This document shows positions 38,687-50,461 of a stretch of 64,000 nt of DNA, piece by piece. The notes below the pieces were generated by a model. It had not been told where the DNA came from. It worked only from the letters and a program-made list of their open reading frames with translations, and did no database searches. The DNA is from Oculina patagonica (lineage: Eukaryota): contig NC_135760.1 of the NCBI RefSeq assembly GCF_052425735.1, positions 12,276,001-12,340,000 of the forward strand, in the 5' to 3' direction. How positions within the stretch are numbered: the first letter of the stretch is position 1; every line of letters begins with the position of its first letter. The translations under genes and the position numbers were made by a program.

Positions 38687-41600
38687 TTAGAGAACATAAA
38701 GGAAAGAAGTCTGATTAAACGCGCCATAACTTGGCACGCATGCGTAGTGCAAGTTCGGTGTCATTGGCCCGACTTTGGAGCATCCGTAACCATCATAGCA
38801 ACTCGTCACACCGATACCAAGTGCGTAATCATTCGGTCCACAAGTCCTCAAAAGGTCGCCTAGGCAACCAATCCGTGCAATGTGATTGGTTGGATTCAGA
38901 TTTGGATTGATGTCTTGCGGATGGCAGACGCTGGCGGTATTTAAACCGCACCACTGTTTATGCATGCGAGACAGATCACAACTTTTGCCAAACGCCCGCA
39001 AGAGTGAGTCTACTGTGTAGCGCTCGTCCACAGTCACCCCAAACTGATTATTAAACAGTTCTGAGAGAGACATATTACGGTTGTGCGTGAATGTGGCGCA
39101 GTGCGTTTTTGGACCATCGTAGCATACTCGTAGTATGTTACTGGGCAAGTCTGCCCAGCCAACATTTTTCATGACCTTCTGTGTGTTGGTGTCTGGTGCA
39201 GTTTCGTCGTTGATGACGCTATTGGTTGCCCAGGTATTGCTGACTGGGGAAAATTCGATCGAACTGCCCGGGACCCGAGCTACGAGCGTCCAACCGCGCG
39301 CCACCATTGGTTCAATTTCACAATGTGTCTGAAATTCAAATGAAGCACCCAGTGCCCAGTCAACAATTTACTGGATCACTTCAACTGACACCTCTGCTGT
39401 CTTAAAAGTACATACGCGTAGTTATCAATAGCTGGACACGCTTGCCCTGCCTTAAAAATCTTAACAATAAACCTACTTTTGAATAGAGCGTTTTCCAAAC
39501 AGTAGTCAGAAAACCGACACACAAGTGTCATTTAATCCTACCAATCACAAACACAAATAACTCAGCCAACCAATCAGAATTTAATGCAAAGTATACAATC
39601 GGATCCAAGCGCTGGAAAACGTGGTCACGATTGGTTTTGTTTTTGCTCTTGATTGGTCGAAAAAAAGCACGTTTTATCTGATTGGATACAACGTCCACAA
39701 CGTTTCTAACCGATTTTATTGAGCTCAGAAAACGCAAAGGAAAGAAATTTGGAAAATGCTCTATCCCTCAAATAAAAAAAATTAATTTTTTTGATAATAG
39801 TTATAATAATAAAAGATTTAAAATAGTTCATGAAAAGCGCCAGCTTCAAATGTCAATCTTTTCTCGCCAATTTACTCGCAATTATCAAACTGCAAAGTGC
39901 AGCACTTCCACACTACATCTCTAGCAATATTTGATTGATTATCCAACTCGGAAATCGTCAGGTACGTGTGACGTAACAATGTGTGACGTCTCAATAGCGT
40001 AGGTTTTTGGTAAAGGAAAGTTTAAAAAGTGTAGCATAGGAATGTTAAAAGCTACTCAAATCGCTTCAAATCACTTTAGTTTCGGGATAAAGTTGAAGTT
40101 CTTATTTCAGGTTATGTGAGTCAATATTTACAGAGATTTCTTTACCCAGTTTACTGACCTGGAAGGGTTTGTCTTTGCCTTTTATCCAGTAAGCGCCGCT
40201 CACGGCACCAGCATCTTTCTTATATATCTCTTGACAGTTGGTTGCCGGATTATCCTTACTGTAATTTTACAAAGGAATTTTCAGGGATGAGATTAGTAGA
40301 TTCCAATAACTGAATCCAATCGCCGAGACTAAACTGAACCCGCGGACTTCTTTGAATGCGTTTCTAAGCAACTTTAACCTGGTATAGTAACGATTAGCGC
40401 GCTATCTTCTGATTGGATACTTAGGATTGGAAACTGTTCGTGTCCCGGCTTACAACTTTGCTATTTATATGCTTTATTATCATGCATGGAACATGAAATA
40501 ACAGCCATAATAGTCGCAATGGAGAACTAGAGATGATTCCCCTGTCGGGTGGTGATGTTGTCAGCGGAATTAGGCGCTCGATTAACCACTAACTATGGAT
40601 TAACAAAAGTCGTTTTTAAAAGGCAACAAAATATACCCATCAAAGCGTCACTTGCCCATTGCATTTTGCCATTCCTTTAGATAATACGACATAATGAAAC
40701 AATAAAATCCGTGCTTGCATTAACTTACCATCTTCCCAGGCCACATTTTGGTTTGCCAGATAAAGGGCCGCCAGCGCCGCCAAAATTGCTCTGCTGGATA
40801 AAAATGCTGATGTTAGATATTAACTTGTGCTTTTGATTGCTCTAAACCTTTAATCCATGCAATCAGTAGGTTTGAACTTCAAATGAACCGAGTTGAAAAA
40901 GTCCCTTTAGGGCTGATTCCCAAGACCTTTAGCCAACGTGATCCTCCATTGACATGCCAGTGTTATCTTATCAAATAAATATATCCACAAAGTTTAAAAC
41001 AAACATCCACCTGCGAGATCCGCGCGCGTAATCCAAGTATTTGCTCGCATCCTGCACAATCGCTGCAAGTCACGCAAACGCTTCGAGAACTGCGACACTG
41101 AGTCGCTTTCTGCGCATTAACTGCGAGGGTTGTTGAACTATGTGCATTCAGATTAATTACCTTGCAGGTCTTTTCCAGTGCCACTATTTTTGCTTGAAGT
41201 GTCGCTATCACGCCAGGAGAACACTGGAACTGAAAAGAAAAGATGAAAGTTAAAGGGTTAAAAAAAGTGTGGCAGTTTTTCTGTTTTAGAATGTCTTAAG
41301 CAATTAAAATTTTAAAACAACCTCTTAGTATCATCAAGTATTTCAAATCAGTTAAAACTGAAATAGGTCCGGTCTCGTGAAGATTCCCGCATTGTTCAGG
41401 ATATTTTAAAGATGTATAGGAATAAACTGCAGCTTAGATGGTAGACATGATAGGAAAATAAGAGTTAATACATTACCGGAGATGGCTGACAAACACCTGG
41501 ATCTCCGTTTGGACCCTAAAATTAAAATAACAAATCAGATTACTTTGTCCGGTGTATGTCCAGTTCACATCAACCAACAGACACTGAACTGAACGTTTTA

Positions 41601-44059
41601 CGTCTTGAGTGATGAGGAGAATACCGACTACATACCGTAATTACTCGAATAAGCGCCGCGGCGCTTATTAAATTTTTCGCGCCTTAAGTGCGGCGCTTAT
41701 TGAAAATTTGGACGGCACAAAGAATATAATCTTTTACAGTATTGGAAATAGCGTCTTTTGATTGTCAGTATTCGTTTCTTGCTAAAGAGAGAAGTGGCGC
41801 TAGCTGCCCTGCGGCCTTCACAACATTTTCAGAACTACGTATTGTAAGAAAGTTGGATAGAAGAACTAATAGGCGGGCGGTAAAACAATCACTTTGAACT
41901 TCAAAACATCGCTTTTGATGAAAAGGAAGTGTCCAAGTTTGTTTTGAGTTGCTTTGTAGTGCTGTTTTTAGTGTAACGGAATTCATCGAATAAGCGCCGC
42001 ATCGGGACTGCGGCGCTTATTAACTTTTTTGTCCAAAATGCGGCGCTTATTCGAGGGCGGCGCTTATTCGGGGGCGGCGCTTATTCGAGTAAATACGGTA
42101 CACTGAACAAGTGTTAGCTTTTATATGTAAGCTTTTTTAGGTTTCCTTTCAGTGAACAGCGTACCCTTTGCTTGTGATGGATGGAGGGAGTTTGCAAATG
42201 ATAATATTTTTCTGAAGAGCATATGAGCCATTCTTTAGTTCTATTATAGATGTACACGTATATGTATTATTTGCTCTCTTGCTCCCTCACCTTAGGTCCC
42301 GCTGCTCCTGGAGGTCCGGGTGGTCCTGGGGAACCCTACGATTATAAACACGTGACCAATTAGCTCAATTATTTACAGGTTGTATCGTAGTGTAACAATA
42401 TAACGAGTTCATCTGAATAAAACTGGTGAAGACATAAACAATAAGCGCTTTACTTTTTGTATTTTTTTGTCATTCTTTCCTTCAACTCATTTTCAAGAAT
42501 AATGCAAAACTATAATTTCCAAACCTTAACTCCAGGGTTTCCGCTAGCTCCGTCTTTCCCCTTTAATGCAAGAGTCATCATGTTCTGTAGAAAAATAAAT
42601 TTGCAAATAACTATTCTCACGAAGCCATCTTGTATAAACCAGTACGCAAGTCACACTCGCAGTAAGCAGGGCTTATCGTGTATTTTGTTATGTCCTCAAA
42701 ACACTTGACGGATTTTTTTCTACAACTTATTCTCGTCGCACTGCATGTTATTCCCATCACTTTGAGCAACTTTAATTTCTGATAGAATAATTATGAAATG
42801 GTCTGAAATGAAACTTGACTCCGAAACTTTAGGCGCATGTTTCGTTCACATGTTTCGAGGCTGAACGAACAGCCTACAAACAATGCCGCGTATCATTGAC
42901 TAGTGAAGGGATTGGAATTGGTCAAGGTTGTTCTTAGAACGCTTTTCCAAGGAAAAAAGCGCCGTCGGGACGAGGTTGACTGGTACCAACTTTACACAAA
43001 CCGATACAAATGTGTATTGTTTCTAAGCCAAAAGTAATTAAGGACAGAATCTTTTGCCAAATTTACTACAAACCTGTGAAACTTTCACTTTACATTGAGG
43101 GCCGTTGGGACATCCACTATTAGCCGGTGAACCTGATGCCGGAGCCTGTTGCGCGGGCTTGAAAATAAAGAAAAAAGATGTTACAACCACACGGAGATAT
43201 TGCTTAGTTAACTGTTGTTTTGCGCTTCGCCGCGCTCTAGTCTGTATATTGGCTTAAAATGATCCGCAGAAACATTTTAAATTATTTTAGTCGTAAGCAG
43301 GAGCCATAATCCTGTCGTAAGTGATCACTCCAGTAGAAAGAAACTGAGGCACTTGTGCAAGTACTGCAACCAATCAAAGTGCAGATGTCATTGTATTGAC
43401 CAATTACGAAAAAATCCCTATATCGATCACAGGTTGTTCACGTGACTTTTCCCGCGCTCAGGAGTCACTCGCTTAGAAATTTTATTGGCTTGCAAGTTGT
43501 TTGTTTCAGATCGTTACAACAATCATCAGAAAACTCTTTAAGATGTGCAAACTGCTTTCGTACAGAAGAAATGAAAGGATTTTGTCATATATGTTTAAAA
43601 GCACTTCTCCTTTTCCTCCGTTATTTTATATTTAACCTTGATTTGTCTTCCAAATCTACAACTACGAAAACGTTAAATTTAAACGACCAAGTTTGATCAA
43701 GGAATGGATACAGAAATATTCGTTAACAGCGTTGTACAGTTTAAACTTTACATGCAAAATTGACGCACCTGTGCACTTGCAGCAGGGGTTGCCGCGGCCG
43801 GGGGATTATCCGGGGCGGGTACAGGTGGTGACTGCGAATTTACCCCTGGGGCCTCCCTAGGGGTACTATCCGATACTGCTATGGGAGGAAGGTTCTTGAG
43901 ATCCACAGTGGATTCTACACTTGCGTTAGCAGGCGCTGGTACCAGGAGATATGTTCCATCGGAGTTTTTCTTTAAAAGAAACTTTCCATTTGACTCAACT
44001 GGTCCAAGAAAGATCGCCAAACATACAAAAGAAATAAACACGACCAATGTACAGCTCAT
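38687..44059 (-). CDS. Secreted short-collagen protein with a fibrinogen-related/USOMP5-like head, isoform A (exons 43769-44059, ~43089-43157, 42525-42560, 42291-42335, 41477-41515, 41161-41229, 40729-40793, 40159-40258, terminal exon A 38687-39328)
   Basis: Signal peptide MSCTLVVFISFVCLAIFLGPVES, Pro/Ala-rich region, 12 contiguous Gly-X-Y triplets, heptad neck IATLQAKIVALEKTC, then NPATNCQEI..SGAYWI..THCE..GWTLVAR (FReD/COLFI-type start) and ARIGC..GIG..LYV, like coral USOMP5-type domains. All splice phases match. Confidence 0.8.
41635..42098. mobile_element. Tc1/mariner-type MITE with TA TSD
   Basis: ta|ccgtaattactcgaataagcgccg ... cggcgcttattcgagtaaatacgg|ta, with repeated gcggcgcttatt subterminal motifs. 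Confidence 0.85.
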
Positions 44060-44211
44060 GGTAGAGGAAATTGTCCACGTGACCTCATCAGCAGTCTAGA
44101 AAGATCGGAGCATGTTATTCTGTGAGAAGAAAAAAAAAGAAAAAAGCAAAATTGACGAACAGAAATATGTATTTGTTTTGATTTACGTTTGTCGAGTTCT
44201 GTGGTTTGTTA

Positions 44212-44746
44212 AGACCTGGCCAAACGGAGACGCAATTAGACACACGGTTTTCAGCTTACGTCCACTTTTGTCTCCGTTGACTTACGATGACTTGCGTTCA
44301 CTTTGGTCGAGATCAAATTTTCACGCAAGTGAACGCAAAATTGTCACCGTTTGGCCACCCAACAAAAGTCTTGCTGTTTACTTCAAGTACTGAATCGCAG
44401 CGCGCGCAGTAGCATTAAAATGGCTTTTTTTACAACTGGCGTGCACTTACGAGTCCGTTTAGCCAGCCAACGGAAGTCCGTACGCAAGTTCAACTTGCGA
44501 CTTCTTGCGTGTACTTGCGTTACCATTTGGCCAGGACAACTGGCGTGCACTTACGAGTACGTTTAGCCAGCCAACGGAAGTCTGTACGCAAGTTCAACTT
44601 GCGACTTCTTGCGTGTACTTGCGTTACCATTTGGCCAGGACAACTGGCGTGCACTTACGAGTACGTTTAGCCAGCCAACGCAAGTCTGTACGCAAGTTCA
44701 ACTTGCGACTTCTTGCGTCTACTTGCGTTACCATTTGGCCAGGGCT
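44212..44746. mobile_element. Harbinger-like MITE (TTA TSD) whose 3' 104 bp is tandemly triplicated
   Basis: tta|agacctggccaaa ... tttggccagggct|tta; 104-bp units start at 44432, 44536 and 44640. Confidence 0.8.
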
Positions 44747-45300
44747 TTAGTAAGACTCGTACAAAAACCAAAAGAAGGAAAAAGCGTGCTATTTTGTAAC
44801 CAATCAGGTGCAAACCCAAGTGACCAATCGTGACTTGGCATACGCGCGTTTTCCCACGCTTGGCGTGGGTTGCACGTTTTTGCCACGGGTTGTGATTGGT
44901 TCATTGGGTTACTGTTTTGTGATTGGTCAGATGTGACTACTTCAGTTTGTTACGACCTGATTAGACGAAAACCACTTACTTCAGCCGGCAGATTGGCAAA
45001 TACTGGAAGTTTGCAATCCTTTATGGAAGAAAAGTAAAGCAAACCAGTATCAAGTCATTTTCCTTTTATTTTCCTTTTCCTTGCTCTCATTACTCCACAA
45101 GTGGTCCCAGCATTTTAAGTTCCCTATTACATTATCCGACAGTACTTAATTGACAGGTTACGAGAATATAGAGTAAAATCAATTAAGAAATTTTCCCCTG
45201 ATATATCAACAAATTTTCGGAAATGGAAATGCACGACTTCTGGTATGAATCTTCAATTCAGAAGTTTTCATTTAGTTTTTCTTCAAATCAGCTTGTGATT

Positions 45301-45430
45301 GAAAGTAAATGGAGAAGCGTTCTCAAGTTGAATTCTCGGAAAAAAGATTTTTTTTTCCGAGTACCACCAACGGGAGTCGAACCCATGACCTTCCAGATTA
45401 CTGGTTGGACGCTCTAACCACTGAGCTATG
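45301..45430 (-). mobile_element. Short tRNA-derived SINE with 10-bp TSD
   Basis: Minus strand catagctcagtggttagagc...gggttcgactccc (A/B boxes); GCTTGTGATT at 45291-45300 and 45431-45440. Confidence 0.85.
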
Positions 45431-47004
45431 GCTTGTGATTATTTACTCACTGGTGTAATGATCGTCACAGGAAAAACTCGCCTGTCTTAATTGCGATGTC
45501 ATTGACGATATATAAACTTGTCTGCAAAAATCATGGAATAGCAGAATGAACTGTGCCAGGATGCGCCAATGACGGAAATACTAGTAGCATAACTTTGACG
45601 AGCGACTAACGCTCAAAACACCAGTCGTAAAATTGACAATTGCACCTTTATTTACCATTTCAGCTTTTGAAACCTTATATTGATAGATAAACTAGTGTTC
45701 TCACGTTTTATCTGATGCGGCACAACACTCTCTAAAGAGGCAGTTCAATAGACTAATAATGTTACCCAGTGGTAGAGCGTTCAACAGGCCGTTGTGTAAG
45801 GGATAAGTAGCCGGGATTGAATCCTGTTTGAGAACTAAGGTAAATTTCCGAGTAGTTCGTGACACATGTTGATTATATTTTTCTCTACGAAATGTTACTG
45901 TTTGTAACTTAGTTGTCAATGAAATGCCAAACACGAACAGGTATTGAATGTTCCAGAACGGAAACACTTAAGTAGTTCCTTGAGTGGGGGTGATGTTTTT
46001 TGGTATTTTAATTTTTTGGTCGGTTGACCGATACTGACAGTCAACTCGCAATATACAAGGAACCGTAAGTCTCTAAACTGCTTGAAATTTACCTTAATTT
46101 ATCACAGAAGTTCATTACAGACCTGCTGATCATGTACAAAACACAAAACTTAATCCCGTGACCCATTCCTGGCGTATTGATCCATATAATTTGCTGCTAA
46201 TATATTTTCTTGAGAAACCTCGTTAAAAAAGTAACGGATCTTATATTGATCATAAATAGCGATAGAGACGTCCTGCCAATTGTCTTGTTCCTAGAAAATC
46301 ACCCATCCAAATTAAGAAATTAAATCACAATCAAGTGATTTTAAACGAAGGCAATGAAACTATTTGAATACATCCAGGTGAAACCAATAGACGCGCTATC
46401 GTCACAATTGAACAGACATGAAGCGAAAGGTCCAAGGGTCATTTTTCGACCAAAACTGACAGCGACATGGCCGACAAGGGTTACCTCTGGGTTTGGTAGT
46501 GGGTGAGTTCTAAGGCCTTAAGATTGTTCTAAATCAATACAAGAGGAAAGTATGGGCACCTGGAATATGTAATAACCTCTGGCCATCCTACATAAGGGGA
46601 ATCACAATTGAAGTAGAGAAAACGGAAGGAAAAAAGAAACAATTTATCCTTACCTTATTGCCGGTGGTAAATGGACTCGGGAAAAAATGCACCAAGAAAC
46701 AAAAGTTTAAATAACAAACATTTGTTTTTGAGTGTTTGGCAAGATCATATCACCTAACTCGGCCGCATAACAATGAGGTAATTAGTTTTCATATGCGACT
46801 GCAGACAAAACAAATACAGGCAGCGGTATTAGCGTGACTGGTGGCAACAGGTGTATCCCCAGGCTCCCTTTAATGGCGTATAGAGAAACTGAGAAGAAAT
46901 CGGCGAGCACGGTCTGGGTATGAAGATCTCCCAATCTCCCTTGCGAAAATGCGCTCATCTTTGCGATTCTTTTCGGGGAGCACCGCTCGCCAATTGTTTT
47001 TTCA

Positions 47005-47285
47005 CCCTCATCATCGTCACTGTTCCTCTCGTCAGTAGGCGCATAAGGCCGTCACGTTTTCTGACCAACACTGTGTTTCGCGCTACCGCTTTGGCTTCAT
47101 CCTAGCTTTATTTCCTGCCTTGTTTCTCTCCTTCTCCTTTTCTTCAGGTAGTCTTTGGTCTTCCTCTCACCCTTCGACCTTTAAGTGTCCGCCCCGGTGC
47201 TGTAGAACGGTCGTTCACACCCTGTCTCCTAAAATCCTAATTAAATATGTGTCCTAACAAGTTCCACCTTCTTCGTCGTATCCCG
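47005..47285 (-). mobile_element. 3' fragment of an RTE-clade LINE
   Basis: Decayed translation IRRRRWNLLGHI..GRRVRGRPKTT*R..KERNKAG..WSENVTALCAY followed by a (TGA)n tail, typical of the RTE ORF C-terminus. Confidence 0.8.
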
Positions 47286-47420
47286 CAGCTTACCTTATTA
47301 ACAAAATCTACGCGATTGATTTGTAACTGTTTAGTGCACAATCGCAATCTGCGTTTGGGTTAGATTGAGATTATCCGTTTCTAGCACATGAAATCATCCG
47401 TTATGTCTACCAATACTATT

Positions 47421-47618
47421 TTTTTAAAATTGAAATTTCACACACTTCTTATAAAAACTAATACAGGTACTCTAATTACAATACATTACAGTTTCTTACT
47501 CTAAATTACAATACTAATACAAATGTCACAATACTTACAGAATACAGCTACACTACTACAAGAATATATATTATATGTACAGAAAGGAAAAAAAAAAAGA
47601 AAAACTGCAATACTATTG
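47421..47618 (-). mobile_element. Probable 5'-truncated retroposed insertion with 16-bp TSD
   Basis: GTCTACCAATACTATT at 47405-47420 and 47619-47634, with a T-run (poly-A on the minus strand) at the left junction. Confidence 0.55.
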
Positions 47619-47725
47619 GTCTACCAATACTATTGGCGGAAACTCGGGTTTAGTTGATTGTTTCTATGAACCACTCCAAATTTGATCACGAGCTTATGTG
47701 GCCCGTTTGATTGCCCATGGAGTGC

Positions 47726-48694
47726 TCAAAAGCATCTTAGAAGATTCTTTAGTGCTTGGCGATAATTTTTACTGAAAATAAAACAGATGCAAGGGTTTAT
47801 GGCACAATTTGCGTAAGACATTAAACGGGCAACCAACCAGAAGTAATGGAAGCCACAATCTGCCCCCATGTCCGATACAAAAAGGAACAGAATCCACCAG
47901 ATAGAGAAAGGCACAAAGCATACTGCAAAGCCTAACACAATAGCAAAGGCCATCTTCAGCACCTTTCGTTCCCGTTTCTTTCGTTGCTCTGCAGCGTTGA
48001 AAAATTGCTCGCCTGGAATCCTCTGTGACTTCAGTTTTAAATAGATTACAGTGTAAGATATGACTATCAACACTAAAGGCGTGTAAAACAATAGAACAAG
48101 TATTACTAAAATGTAATCAACATGAGAAAAAGACTCTCCAAACACTTCATTCCACTGTACTGCACACATCACTCCCCCTGGATACTCCGCAAGTTTGTAG
48201 ACGAACAGAAACGGTGACCAGGTACCCAACGCAACGAACCAAGTGGCGAGAATGAAGAAGGGGCACAGCTTTAAACTGATGAGTGGGGAACGGAGGGGAA
48301 ATACCACAGCACCAAATCGATCCACTGCTATCAAAACCAGGCTCTGAATAGACACAGTAAAGGAAACAATGACTGAGAAGGGGACCAGTCTACATAAGGT
48401 CTGACAAAAAGGACCACTGATCAGCCAAGAGTCGACGTACAACTCTATTAATTTTTTAGGGAACAGGAAAATCGGCCATATCAGATCGGACATGGCCATG
48501 TTTACGATTAAAAAGTTGATGGGTTTTCTCATGGTTTTCGTCTTGTAGACAACTATTCCAATGAAGATGTTTCAAGCCAGCGCAACAACAAAGATCAGGC
48601 AGAGAGCAAAGATTGTTGCGATTTTTTCTGCTGTAGGAATGTAGCAGCTCAATAACTGTGTTCCATTCGTCGCCGTGTTCACGTTTGCCGACAT
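47726..48694 (-). pseudogene. Single-exon rhodopsin-family (neuropeptide-receptor-like) GPCR with an in-frame TGA in TM1
   Basis: ATG at 48694 (MSANVNTATNGTQ..). Codon 41 is TGA (48572-48574) in place of the Gly of the TM1 GN motif (LA*N). NMAMSD, AVDRF, CFVP and NPCICF motifs are otherwise intact. Confidence 0.8.
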
Positions 48695-50461
48695 TTTCGT
48701 ATCTCAGGTTCTTATGATTCAGCTTTTTTTCTCACAAATGATGTTTTATCTGGCTGGCCAACTCAACGTACAAAAAATGCAAGCTCCGCGTTATTTATGT
48801 TCTACTGAAGACTCGGTAATCATTTGGCTTGCATGCAATTCATTATTCAAAGGCTATCTGACAGCGTTCATTAAAAAACTGCTTAATTTTCCGATATCAT
48901 GCAACTGGAAATGGACAGCTGTTACCATATGACCATGTCTTGTTGTAGGAAATTTCCGCGCATTGAGAGAATAATATCACGGGATAGATCATTTTTTGGG
49001 AAAACTTCTTTTTATGCGTCTTGTGCGCGGAAATTGCTTGTTGGACTAAAAAACCGTTTCATCATCTTTTTAACAAACATACCCTAAAAAGGATGTAATA
49101 AGTGTTCATGTTTGCCAGGTTTTGTTAGAAATTGCCTCGCGTCTACGTTGGAATATATTGTAATGTAAATAAGAACTGACTTCTTTGTGAAATGGTCGAT
49201 TCTTTAATTGTAAGTCAGAAAAAGAATTCCTTTTTTACAAATTTTAGCTCTGGTGTAATTTTCTCCTCGAATTTTATTTTGGCCGTTCTCTCATGTGATA
49301 TTAAAATTTTGCAAAAAAACGTTTTGGGTATAGTCGGATCTTCATATTAACATCCTGTATATTAATTTTTTACGGCGTCATCAAACAATGTCAAAGGAAA
49401 GCTATTTGTTGTTCATTTCGTGGCACAATACTGACAGTAAATTGTTGGTTGCGCATGTGTTGATGCAGATATTTAAGTGCGATTCCAGAAGCTCCTAAAA
49501 AATCTCTAATATTTGTTATAAGTACTCAGTCTTGTTTTTCTGTGCTTTAAATACTAAGAGTGGCAGCAAACTGTAGCAAATTGTTGTCTCTTAACGTTCG
49601 CAGTCGTTTTAGTTTACAACTTCGATTAAGTGAAAACAAAGATGAACCAACGGGGCTCCTGCCAACGTACATTTAATTTCTAGGTTTATCAGTTCCTCTA
49701 AGCTTCCACACTACGCTAATTGCATCCCTTTTCAATTGTCACTCTCAGCTTCAATTTTTTTCGCACTACATTCTCATTTCGCCCTTAATTTAGTTCGTGT
49801 ATTAATGTTTTACAAATATAACTATTGAGTTGTCAAAAATGACAAAGGAAAACCTACAAACATTTATTTAGCGGCAGAAGAAATTTCTGGGACATGGAAA
49901 TTCATTTCGGTACCTTCGTTTTCGGTATTTGCGAGAATTTAATCCCGAGTTCCTTTGTTTCATAACGATGTTTTTATTTTTCATGTCGATTTACGACATT
50001 CCAGAATTGTTTTTTCTTAACGTTGTTGCAGTTTGCGCTAAAATTTTCTTAAAATGAGTTCCTCTATATTTCTATGACGTGTAAAAGCTTACAAATATGA
50101 AGCTCCAGTTAAACCTAACTAAGAACCACTTTCAGTTTAATTAAATCGGAAATTAAAGGCAAATGTGACAAATAGTCCGCTTTTGGCAAATCTTCCTTGA
50201 AATGTTTGAGGAGTTTCTGATTCTGAACACCTTGTCAAGCATTAGCGTGAAAAGTCGTGAGTTCTCTAGAAACTCTCCAATAACCCTAGCTACGCCTGGC
50301 CCCCTCTTTGAATATTTTTTGCACACTACATGACCAATTACATGACGTATCAGTTCGCCAAATGAGTGACCTGGCCAAGGCCTGGCTACCAAGTACAAGA
50401 AAGCGAAATCTGTCGAGAAAGGAAAGTCCGGAAGACAAGCCGAAAACAAGTCAAGGAAAAG

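Noticed and set aside
45358-45432. Possible tRNA gene (Thr-like)
   Set aside because: The acceptor and anticodon stems are imperfect, it continues into a SINE body, and it is flanked by a 10-bp TSD
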